Positions 37,717-47,000 of a stretch of 64,000 nt of DNA are shown piece by piece; within the stretch, counting starts at the first letter, position 1; each line of letters opens with the position of its first letter. This DNA comes from an uncultured Clostridia bacterium (GTDB lineage Bacteria > Bacillota > Clostridia > Christensenellales > UBA1242). Below the pieces are notes generated by a model. It saw nothing but the letters and a program-made list of their open reading frames with translations. It had not been told where the DNA came from and ran no database searches. The stretch covers positions 245,761 through 309,760 of the forward strand of contig CAKVFI010000002.1 of NCBI GenBank assembly GCA_934746715.1, written 5' to 3'. Made by a program: the position numbers and the translations under genes.

Positions 37717-37930
37717 ATGAGTTTACGAATGCGGGTTGACGAAGGATTTTTCGCGAGCCAGCATAGGTGTGAAAGTTGTATTAAGATAAAATTTTGAGAC
37801 CCGTGTTTTAGCACAGGACTATAAGGGTTCCCGCCACAACTTATGGTGGAAGGATGGTTTGCGAGCCACAAAGTGTGAACTTTGCTTTTAATTGAATGTT
37901 TGATGTGTTGGATAGTTAAAGTTATTCAAC
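37717..37930 (-). ncRNA. Unidentified ~215-nt RNA candidate co-transcribed upstream of tRNA-Leu
   Basis: It lies between a strong stable-RNA-type promoter (37937-37965) and the tRNA 5' end. It is GC-enriched and contains an imperfect ~37-nt direct repeat (37741-37779 vs 37849-37885). The only ORF overlaps the tRNA and is implausible. Confidence 0.4.
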
Positions 37931-37936
37931 TTTTTT

Positions 37937-37965
37937 AATATATCACATTTTATAGGTTTTTGCAA
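37937..37965 (-). promoter_or_regulatory. Strong promoter (stable-RNA type)
   Basis: On the minus strand: TTGCAA, 17-nt spacer, TGaTATATT. It shares the 13-mer AAAAATCTCTTGC (upstream region plus -35) with the tRNA-Ser promoter. Confidence 0.65.
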
Positions 37966-38069
37966 GAGATTTTTGTTATTTTGCATGGTTTTTTAAATTT
38001 GAAATTAAACATTTTTGCAGTTAAACCAATTTGTTTGGTAAATTTTGTTGTTTGTGTTAAACTACATGT

Positions 38070-40598
38070 ATGGAAAAATTTGTTGTAGTTGACGGAAATA
38101 GTTTGATTAATCGTGCGTTTTATGGGTTGCCAATGCTTAAAAGTTTATCTGGCAAACCATGTAATGCCGTTTATGGATTTGTGAATATTCTACTTAATCT
38201 TGTGCTTAAAGAAAAACCAAAATATTTGGTTTGTGTTTTTGATGCTGGCAAGCACACTTTTAGGCATGATATGTACGCAGAATACAAGGGCAAGCGCGAC
38301 CATATGCCAGAAGATTTGGCAACACAATTGCCAATGTTGAAAGAGATTTTGGCAGCAATGAAAATCAAAACTATTGAGATACCAGAAATTGAAGCGGACG
38401 ACATTGTTGGGTCTATCAGCCGAAAATTTGATGCTGAATTTATTTTGCTTTCTGGAGATAAAGATTTGTTGCAACTCATCAACAAAAACACAACTGTTTG
38501 GTTAACACAAAAAGGTGTTTCGCAAGTTGGAAAAATGGACGAAAAAGCATTGCTTGAACAGTTTGAATTGAAACCATATCAAATTATTGAATTGAAATCA
38601 ATAATGGGCGATAGTTCGGATAATATTCCGGGTGTGCCGGGCATTGGGCAAAAAGGCGCAATGGATTTGTTAAAGCAATTTGATAATTTGGACAACATCT
38701 ACGCTAATTTAGACAAAGTGCCACCGCGCTTTTTAAACAAACTTAATGAAGGCAAGGAAATGGCGTATTTATCTCATCAACTTGCAACAATCAAACTCGA
38801 TGTTGACATTCCTTTTGGTTTGGATGAGTGTGAAATTAAGTTGCCTTTTGATGACAATGTTTACTTTTTGATGAAAGAACTTGATTTTAAATCAATGTTA
38901 AACAGAAAAGATTTGTTTACATCAACTCCAAAAGCGGAAATTGAACAAGAAAATCTAATTGAAAATTTGCCAACAGTTGAAATTGAAACTCAAAAACAGT
39001 TTGATGAAATGATGAATGATTTGGGCGATAGCTTTGCTTTGGCAACGGATAATTTTGCTTTGTATTTTGCAAAGGCTGAAAAAGAATTTTGCTTGTACAA
39101 AACCAGCGATGTTTTTGGCAAAAATATCGATAAATTAAAGGCTGTTTTTGTTGGTGAAAAACAAAAAGTTTGTTTTGATGCAAAGCAAATTATGCACGAG
39201 TTGAGCCAATTCAACTTTGAATTGAACAACTATTTTGATGTGTCTATGGCAATTTACATTGCAAATGAACTTGATGCCGAACTTAAGTTTGAAGATGCAG
39301 TTAAACTGAACAATATCTTAACTGAAAACAAAGCATATCCATTGCTAAAATTAAAAGAAATTTATATAACAAAATTGATTAAAAATGCACAATTAAAGTT
39401 GTATAGTGATATTGAATTACCACTGGTTAAAGTACTTTTTGACATGGAACAAACTGGCATTAAAATTGATGCACAAGCGATAAAAGAGTTGAGTGCAAAT
39501 TATCATGTTGAATTGGATAAATTGACTGATGAAATTTATGCTCTTGCTGGCGAAAAATTTAATATCAACAGCCCAAAACAATTGCTAACAATTTTGTTTG
39601 ATAATTTAAAAATTGAATATAAAGGCAAAAAGGGCACATCTATTGAAGTTTTAAATGATATAAAAGATAAACACCCGATTGTTGAAAAGTTGATTAGATA
39701 TCGTAAGGTTAGCAAACTGATTTCCACCTATCTTGACGGAATGCTTGATTATGTTGGCGCGGACGGCAAAATTCACACAACCTACATGCAACGGACAACA
39801 AGCACTGGTAGACTAAGCAGCCGTGAGCCAAACTTGCAAAATTTGCCAATAAGAGATGATGAAGGCAGAGCATTGAGAAAGATGTTTGCAAGTTCGTTTG
39901 AAAATGGCACGATAATTAGTGCCGATTACAATCAAATTGAGTTGCGACTAATTGCCAATTTTAGTGGCGACGAAAACATGATTGCTGATTATCTTTCTGG
40001 CAAAGACATTCACTCTGCAACTGCAAGCAAAATTTTTGGTGTGCCTGAACATGATGTAACTCCAATTATGCGCAGAGTTGCAAAGTCGGTTAACTTTGGC
40101 ATTATCTATGGCATAAGTGCGTATGGATTGAGCCAAAACATTAACACAACACCAAAAGAAGCTGGCGCTTTTATCAACAAGTATTTGGAGATTTATCCAA
40201 AAGTTAAAGAGTATGGTGACAAACAGATTGAACTTGCAAGGCAAAATGGTTATGTAAGCACAATTATGGGGCGAGTGCGTCATATCTCAGACATCAATTC
40301 TACAAACCACACAGTTCGTGGTTTTGCTGAACGCGTGGCAAAAAATATGCCATTGCAAGGCAGCGCAAGCGATATTATCAAGATTGCAATGATTAATGTG
40401 TTTAAACGATTTAATCAAGAAAAGTTAAAAAGCAAATTAATCATTCAAATTCACGATGAATTGGTTGTGGACTGCTTCCCAGGGGAAAGTGAAAAAGTTA
40501 AAAACATTTTAAAACAAGAAATGGAAAATGTGGTTAACTTGGCTGTTCCGCTTATTGCAAACATAAGCGAAGGCAAAACCTTGTATGATGCAAAATAA
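38070..40598 (+). CDS. polA: DNA polymerase I
   Basis: 5'-nuclease N-terminus (VVDGNSLINRAFYG), polymerase motifs (DYNQIELRL, RRVAKSVNFGIIYG, QIHDELV), 842 aa. Confidence 0.95.
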   Translation: MEKFVVVDGNSLINRAFYGLPMLKSLSGKPCNAVYGFVNILLNLVLKEKPKYLVCVFDAGKHTFRHDMYAEYKGKRDHMPEDLATQLPMLKEILAAMKIKTIEIPEIEADDIVGSISRKFDAEFILLSGDKDLLQLINKNTTVWLTQKGVSQVGKMDEKALLEQFELKPYQIIELKSIMGDSSDNIPGVPGIGQKGAMDLLKQFDNLDNIYANLDKVPPRFLNKLNEGKEMAYLSHQLATIKLDVDIPFGLDECEIKLPFDDNVYFLMKELDFKSMLNRKDLFTSTPKAEIEQENLIENLPTVEIETQKQFDEMMNDLGDSFALATDNFALYFAKAEKEFCLYKTSDVFGKNIDKLKAVFVGEKQKVCFDAKQIMHELSQFNFELNNYFDVSMAIYIANELDAELKFEDAVKLNNILTENKAYPLLKLKEIYITKLIKNAQLKLYSDIELPLVKVLFDMEQTGIKIDAQAIKELSANYHVELDKLTDEIYALAGEKFNINSPKQLLTILFDNLKIEYKGKKGTSIEVLNDIKDKHPIVEKLIRYRKVSKLISTYLDGMLDYVGADGKIHTTYMQRTTSTGRLSSREPNLQNLPIRDDEGRALRKMFASSFENGTIISADYNQIELRLIANFSGDENMIADYLSGKDIHSATASKIFGVPEHDVTPIMRRVAKSVNFGIIYGISAYGLSQNINTTPKEAGAFINKYLEIYPKVKEYGDKQIELARQNGYVSTIMGRVRHISDINSTNHTVRGFAERVAKNMPLQGSASDIIKIAMINVFKRFNQEKLKSKLIIQIHDELVVDCFPGESEKVKNILKQEMENVVNLAVPLIANISEGKTLYDAK

Positions 40599-40654
40599 AA
40601 TCAAAATGAAAAGTGTTAGTAATTAAATTAAAAAATAATTAAATTTAGAAAAAA

Positions 40655-40686
40655 CATTAAAAAACAACGATTTTTTAATGTTTTTT
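40655..40686 (+). terminator. Rho-independent terminator of polA
   Basis: CATTAAAAAA-CAACGA-TTTTTTAATG followed by T6. Confidence 0.75.
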
Positions 40687-40840
40687 ATTATTTTTATTAA
40701 AATTTTTTATTTTTTATTAATTAATTTATTTGAAATTTAAATATTTATTTTAATTTTTATTTAAAAATAGTTTTTTCAATTTTTTTATTTTAATTAAAAT
40801 ATGCTTTTGTTTTTTTTGATTTTGATTTAAAATAAAGTAA

Positions 40841-42157
40841 ATGACAAATGAAGAGAGAATGGACAAATACATGCAACGCAATGTGAAATTGTATCCACCA
40901 CTTTTGGCATTTACTTGGGACGTGCTTTTTGTGTGGACAATTTCAACAATGTTTTTTACTGCACAAAAAGGCTTGAGCTTTTCCCAAGTGGTTTTGTTGG
41001 ATTCGGTTTTGATGGGGTTTGGTTGTTTAATTTGTATTCCTGTTTCCAATCTGCTTAAAAATGTAAATTCAGTTAGGGCAACACAAATTGGCTCTCTTGG
41101 ATATGCGGTGTATTTGTTGTTGTGCATTTTTGGCAACAATTTTAGCACATTTATATTTGCTCAAATATTTATGGCGTTTGCGTATGTTGCGTGTGGAATT
41201 AAAGGCAATAGGATTTTAACACAAAGCTTAAATTTGTTGCACAAAGATAATGACTATGACAAAATTTACGGCAAAGGGCTGGCTCTTCTTTATGTAATAG
41301 AGGCTGTTGGTGCAATTGGAATCACATATGTTTACAACTGGAAACCTTATTTATGTTATTGGATTTCATTTGGGGTTGTTGTGTTTGTGTTTTTGTATGG
41401 CTTTTTGTTTGTTCCGCCAGAAAAATTTCAAAAACAAAATATTGTTGTTCAGGCAAAAGAACAACCTATATCAACAGTTAAAACTAAAAAGGAAAATGTT
41501 TATTTAAAAATATTAAAATCACCATTCTTTATTAGTTTGCTTATATTTATGTTTATGATGCGTGGCACGCTTTCAATTGTGAGCAACAATTTTAAAATAT
41601 ACTTGCAACAAATTATTGACTTGGGTTTTATGCCTGCAACAATGTTTGGCTATGTTTATGCAATTGGCAAGTTAAGTTCTGCACTTTCAAGCAAATTTCA
41701 ATTTAAGTTTAATTTAAAGTTTAACGTAAGATGTGTGATAATTTTTGTTGTTGCAACAATTTTAACTTTCTTGCTTTGTGGCATAATTTACGCTTTCCTT
41801 CCGCTTAATATGTTTACAATTATTCTTGTAATTTTGTTGTCCTATGTTCAAATAGCGGTGTTGCAACCGTGCCGTATATTTGTTAACAATTATATGCAAG
41901 TTTGCATCCCTCCAAAATATATTGAACAGGCATATTCAATTAGAACCGTGTTTGAATATTTGGGCTATTCGTTGGTCAGTGCATTGTACTCAATTTTGCT
42001 TGCGACGTTCAGCGATAATTATGGGTTTACAAACATTACTTACATTTCAATTTTGGCATTGCCAATGATTGTGTCAATGATTGTGTTTATTAAATTGTTG
42101 ATAAAAAAGCATACACAAAAATATACAATTATTAAACAAGAATATATAGATGATTAA
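40841..42157 (+). CDS. MFS-type transporter
   Basis: About 12 TM segments in two halves separated by a K-rich loop. Confidence 0.6.
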   Translation: MTNEERMDKYMQRNVKLYPPLLAFTWDVLFVWTISTMFFTAQKGLSFSQVVLLDSVLMGFGCLICIPVSNLLKNVNSVRATQIGSLGYAVYLLLCIFGNNFSTFIFAQIFMAFAYVACGIKGNRILTQSLNLLHKDNDYDKIYGKGLALLYVIEAVGAIGITYVYNWKPYLCYWISFGVVVFVFLYGFLFVPPEKFQKQNIVVQAKEQPISTVKTKKENVYLKILKSPFFISLLIFMFMMRGTLSIVSNNFKIYLQQIIDLGFMPATMFGYVYAIGKLSSALSSKFQFKFNLKFNVRCVIIFVVATILTFLLCGIIYAFLPLNMFTIILVILLSYVQIAVLQPCRIFVNNYMQVCIPPKYIEQAYSIRTVFEYLGYSLVSALYSILLATFSDNYGFTNITYISILALPMIVSMIVFIKLLIKKHTQKYTIIKQEYIDD

Positions 42158-42257
42158 GAATAAAAATTTTAAAATAGAAAAATTATCAATAAAAACCGCA
42201 ATATTTTTATTAAAAATTTAAATTTTTTGCAAATTTTAAAAAATAATTTAAAAGTTA

Positions 42258-42286
42258 TTGACAAAGATTTTAAAAAATTATATATT
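42258..42286 (+). promoter_or_regulatory. Promoter of the SAM riboswitch-metK unit
   Basis: TTGACA (42258-42263), 17-nt spacer, TATATT (42281-42286). Confidence 0.7.
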
Positions 42287-42292
42287 AAAAAC

Positions 42293-42425
42293 AACCATAA
42301 AGAGTGTGCGAGGGACGAGCCCCGTTGACCACACAGCAACCTAGCGTAACGCCAAGGTGCTAAAGGCCGACCGATGGGTGAATGAATATTGAATTTTAAC
42401 TCATCGGCAACGATGGGTTTTTTAA
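42293..42425 (+). promoter_or_regulatory. SAM riboswitch (SAM-I clan) with intrinsic terminator
   Basis: GTGTG-CGAGGGACGAGCCCCGTTGAC-CACAC-AGCAACC...CCAAGGTGCTAAAGG matches SAM-I core signatures (AGGGA, GCCC, GCAACC, GGTGCTAA). The terminator is ACTCATCG-GCAA-CGATGGGT plus T6, and the alternative pairing CCGATGGGT/ACTCATCGG could act as an antiterminator. Confidence 0.75.
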
Positions 42426-42454
42426 TCCTCTCTTTATGGCAAAAGGAGAGATTT

Positions 42455-43819
42455 ATGAAAAATTTTAAAGAAGTGCTTGAAAACGAAGAAAAGGTTTTAA
42501 TCAAAGTTGAGCCAAAAGATTATGTTAAGTTTTTAACTTGGGCAAAACAACAGGGCTGTTGTTGGGTTAGCAAAAAGGCAATTGAGCCAAAAACAGATTT
42601 AAAAAATCACCCATTTGCTTTAATAGGTTTAACGGCAGATAAAACAATTGGGTTTGTGCCTGCCATGTGTTGGACTAATGACAAGCAGTCAAAAAAGATT
42701 ATGTTGCAACAAATTTTTGCCACAAATTTGCATTGTGAAACAAGCGAAAGTGTGAATATTGGACACCCGGATAAAACGTGTGATACAATTGCAGATGCTT
42801 TTTTGGACGAAGCACTACGCCAAGATAAAAACAGTCAAATGGCAGTTGAGTGTGCAATAAAAGACAATAAATTGTTTGTTTATGGAGAAGCAACAACAAA
42901 AGCAAAAATTAATTATGATGAAATTGCTTGCACTATTTTGAAAGATATAGGTTATGATTGTAAGTTTGAAATTGTTAAACAAATAAGTGAACAGAGCCCT
43001 GACATAAATCAGGCGGTTGTAAAAACAAAATTGTGCGCAAACGACCAAGGTGTTTGCTTTGGATATGCAACAAATGAAACAAAAGAATGTATGCCTTTGC
43101 CGATAATTATTGCTCACAAACTAATGCGAAAATATGAACAATTTAGACGCAAAAACAATAACTTTTTTGCAGATGCTAAAAGTCAGGTTACAATTGAATA
43201 TGATGGCAACAAACCAATTGCGGTAAAGACTGTTTTAGTGTCGGTTTCGCACGCAAAAAATTTAAGTTTGAAAGAAATAAAAACCACAATACAAAATGAA
43301 GTGATAAACCCAATTTTAAAAGAATATTCAAGTTTGATTTTTAACACAGAATACTTGATTAACCCAAGTGGAAAATTTACAGTTTGGGGCTCGTTTGGTG
43401 ATAGTGGCTGTGTTGGACGAAAAATTGTTGTTGACACTTATGGCGGAATTGGAAGAGTTGGTGGTGGATGTTTTAGTAGCAAAAATGCAACAAAGGTTGA
43501 CCGCTCTGGTGCGTACTATGCAAGGTATGTTGCAAAAAACATTGTGGCACATAATTTTGCAGATAAATGTGAAGTTGAACTTTCATTTGGTATTGGGTTG
43601 GAAAAGCCTTTGAGTTTAACAATCAACACTTTTGGCACTGAAAAAATTTCACTTGACGATATCTACAATTATGTTGAAAATAACTTTGATTTTTCACTTG
43701 ATAATATTATTGATGAATTGGATTTGTTAAAACCAATTTACAAGCAAACTGCATGCTATGGCCATTTTGGAAGAGAGCAATTTGCTTGGGAAAGAATTAA
43801 AAATATAAAAAATAAATAA
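42455..43819 (+). CDS. metK: S-adenosylmethionine synthetase with an in-frame ~82-aa N-terminal extension
   Basis: AAAGGAGAG RBS 5 nt before ATG 42455. The canonical MetK core starts near ETSESVNIGHPDKTCD (nt ~42730). There is no stop and no RBS before the internal ATG 42701. Confidence 0.85.
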   Translation: MKNFKEVLENEEKVLIKVEPKDYVKFLTWAKQQGCCWVSKKAIEPKTDLKNHPFALIGLTADKTIGFVPAMCWTNDKQSKKIMLQQIFATNLHCETSESVNIGHPDKTCDTIADAFLDEALRQDKNSQMAVECAIKDNKLFVYGEATTKAKINYDEIACTILKDIGYDCKFEIVKQISEQSPDINQAVVKTKLCANDQGVCFGYATNETKECMPLPIIIAHKLMRKYEQFRRKNNNFFADAKSQVTIEYDGNKPIAVKTVLVSVSHAKNLSLKEIKTTIQNEVINPILKEYSSLIFNTEYLINPSGKFTVWGSFGDSGCVGRKIVVDTYGGIGRVGGGCFSSKNATKVDRSGAYYARYVAKNIVAHNFADKCEVELSFGIGLEKPLSLTINTFGTEKISLDDIYNYVENNFDFSLDNIIDELDLLKPIYKQTACYGHFGREQFAWERIKNIKNK

Positions 43820-44054
43820 AAATTATTATAAAAATATCAAAAAACAGCAATTTTATTAAATTTTTAATAAAAAATTAAAATTTTTATTATTTTTACATTG
43901 TTTTTTATTCTTTTTTATGAAATATCAAATTATTGCAAAATGCAAATAACAAAATAAATTTTTCCAATTTATTTGTAAAATTATATTAATTAATATATAA
44001 TAATTATAATATAAATTTTTGCAAAATGGTTGCAAACATTTGTTTGGGGGAAAA

Positions 44055-47000
44055 ATGAAAAGCAAAAGAATAAGTCGTGTTTTGACAATAATTTTAACGA
44101 TTATTTTTTCGTGTGCTATCTTTGCTTTTTTTAGTGCTCAAAACAAAAATTACACAAATGCATATGCTTTGGGAGTTGAACAAGTTGAGAACAAAATTGA
44201 TTATCAAAGCATTGTTGAATATAGTTGTGATGTAAATGAATTTACTGCAGACGAATTGGATAAATTTGCGGCAGAAAATGAATACTATTATTTTACTCAA
44301 AATAACAAAATTTGTTTTTACAATAAATTTGCATTAAAATCGTTGTCCGTCCTTGGAGATTTTGACAGTTCTGCTTTTAAAAATGCAACAAAAAATGGCT
44401 CTACAACAAACCTTAAATTTGACACTGTTGAACAAACAAAGCAGGCATATCAAAAACTTGAACAAAACAAAAATTTGATTGTGGTTATAGACAGAATTTC
44501 GCAAGCAAATATTTTAAACACATCTGGCATTTCATCGCAAGCATATGGTTGGGGTTATGATGCTATTGACGTTGCTCCATACAAAGAATATTTGGCTGAT
44601 ATGAGCACCACAGAAGAAGTTGTTGTTGCAGTTATTGACACTGGGATTAACACATCTCACAATATGTTTAAAAATCGTATTGTTACAGATGCAAATGGTA
44701 ACTATGTTGGCATTGCAGAAACTGAAACAACTTATACATATAGCGGTTACGAGTTTGAAGATGACAACGGGCACGGCACACATGTGTCTGGCATAATTTG
44801 TGATACAACTCCAAGCAATGTTAAAATTTTGCCGGTAAAATTGTTGAACTATCAAGGTTCGTTTAGTTATTCAAGTTTAATATTTTATGAATCATTGTTT
44901 AACAAAATTGTTGAATTGAAAAAAACTTACAATATTGTTTGCGTGAACATGAGTTTTGGTGCTGATGGTGCAACATCAACTGAAGTTACTCAAGTTAACT
45001 ATTACTTTCAAAATATTTTAATAAAAAATAATATTTTGCCAATTACTGCCGCTGGCAACAAAATTCCAACGTCAAGTGGTGGAGATGGAACTTGTCATGA
45101 TATCAGCGTAAAACTGGCATTGCCTGCAAGTTGTTCAAGCGGTGTAACAGTTTCTGCGTTGGGGCACTCTGGCTCAAATTATTATTACGACGGCAATTAC
45201 TCTTATTACGGAAGTTTGATTGATGTGTCTGCACCGGGTACTTCAATTAGATCAGCATGGATTGCAAGTTCAAACAAAGCAAGTGCTTATACATACAAAA
45301 CAGAAAGTGGCACAAGCATGGCAACTCCATATGTTTCGGCAGTTGTTGCGTTGCTTTGCCTTGACCCTATCTACACTGGCAATGCGGATGTTGTGGTTGT
45401 TGAGCAAAGAATGTATGAATTGGCAACCGATTTGGGTGATGTGGGTAAAGACATTTATTATGGCTATGGCATGGTTAGTTTAAAAGGCTTTAAAGGTGGC
45501 GTTGAATATACTGCAAACGATGTTGAAACAAAATATGATGGAGATTATCACAACATTGAAGTTAATGTAACAAATGTTTCTAGTTACACAATTAAGTATG
45601 GATTAAGCAAAAGTTCAATCAATTTGCTTACAGTGGAAGGTAACAATCAATTTAAAAATTGCACAAACGGGCAAATGATTGTTTACTTTATTATTTCTGC
45701 CAAGGACATGACCGACACTTTTGGTTTTGCTTATTTGCAAATTAACAAAGCAAGCATTGTGATAAATATTCAAGATCAATATGGCAGTTATGGCGATGAA
45801 CCAAGTTTGCAACAGAATAAATATAGCATTCAATCGGGGCAAATATATGGCACTGATGATTTGAATTTAAATTTGACAACAAGTGCTAAATCTAACAGCA
45901 AACCTGGCAGTTATGACATATCATTTGGCTGGAATAATGAAAATTATGATGTGTCTTGCTCAAATTTAGGCAGTTACATTATTGAAAGGCGTGCTGTTTC
46001 CATCAAATTGAATAACCAACAAGCGGTTTACGGCAATGATATTGTTTTGGATAACAGCAAATATACAGTTGAGTCTGGCAGCGTTGTTAGTGCAAGTGAT
46101 TTTGCTTTAACTTTGAAATCTTCTGCAGAAGTTAGCAACGTGGTTGGCAATTATGATATATCAGTGAGCGGTTATAACGAAGAGTGCTACAATCTTGTTA
46201 ATTTTGTTGAAGGTGTTCTTGCAATCACAAAAAGGCCAATTACAATCACAATTGAGCAACAAGTGGTTTATGGCGACCAACTTAACCTTAATTTGCAAAA
46301 TTATAGCATTGTTTCTGGTTCAGTGTTTGGAGATGATGTTTTGCTTGAAAAAATTTCCACAAACGCAAAGGTTGGGGATAGTGTTGGCAATTATTCCATC
46401 AGCGTGGACAAAAGCAACAGTAATTACAATTTAACATTAAAATCTGGAACGCTAAAAATCACAAAACGTTCAGCAACATTAAATGTGGGCAACCAGAGCA
46501 CAATTTATGGCGATGAAATTAGTTTAAATCAACATAATTACACGGTTCAAAATTTGGTGGCGGGTGATGACCTTAATGTAAGTTTGTATACAAACGCAAC
46601 AAGCTCATCTCCAGTGACGGAAAATGGATATACTATTTATGCAAATTGTAGCAATTCTAACTACATGTTAAGCATTGTAACAGGTAAATTAAGCGTTTTG
46701 CCAAGAGAAGTTAAAATTTATTTTTATCAAGAGTTTGCTTATGGCGAAAAAATCAATTTGGATTTTTCTCTATATCAAGATGTGGAAAACAAAGTGCTTG
46801 CTGGCGACGATTTGGAATTGCAAATGACATGTTCTGCTGTTCAATATGACAATGTTGGAGATTATAATGTTGAAATTGCAAAATGCAATTCAAATTATTC
46901 TTTGATTTTGACAAACGAAAGCAAAGTTAAAATCACTCCGCGTGCAGCAACTGTTAAAGTTGGAAATTTAACCAAAACTTATGGCGAAGAAATTGATATA

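Noticed and set aside
37626-37871. 81-codon ORF on the - strand
   Set aside because: It overlaps the whole tRNA-Leu gene and the stable-RNA candidate, and it has no RBS.
37717-37930. Identification of the unknown RNA as 5S rRNA, SRP RNA, 6S RNA, tmRNA or RNase P RNA
   Set aside because: None of the signature sequences I know is present (5S loop motifs, SRP GGAA-tetraloop/AGCA domain IV, tmRNA tRNA-like ends, RNase P GAGGAAAGUCC). The length is also wrong for RNase P and tmRNA.
42169-42504. 111-codon ORF on the - strand across the metK leader
   Set aside because: It lies over the promoter and SAM riboswitch and translates AT-rich spacer. Its composition is not protein-like.
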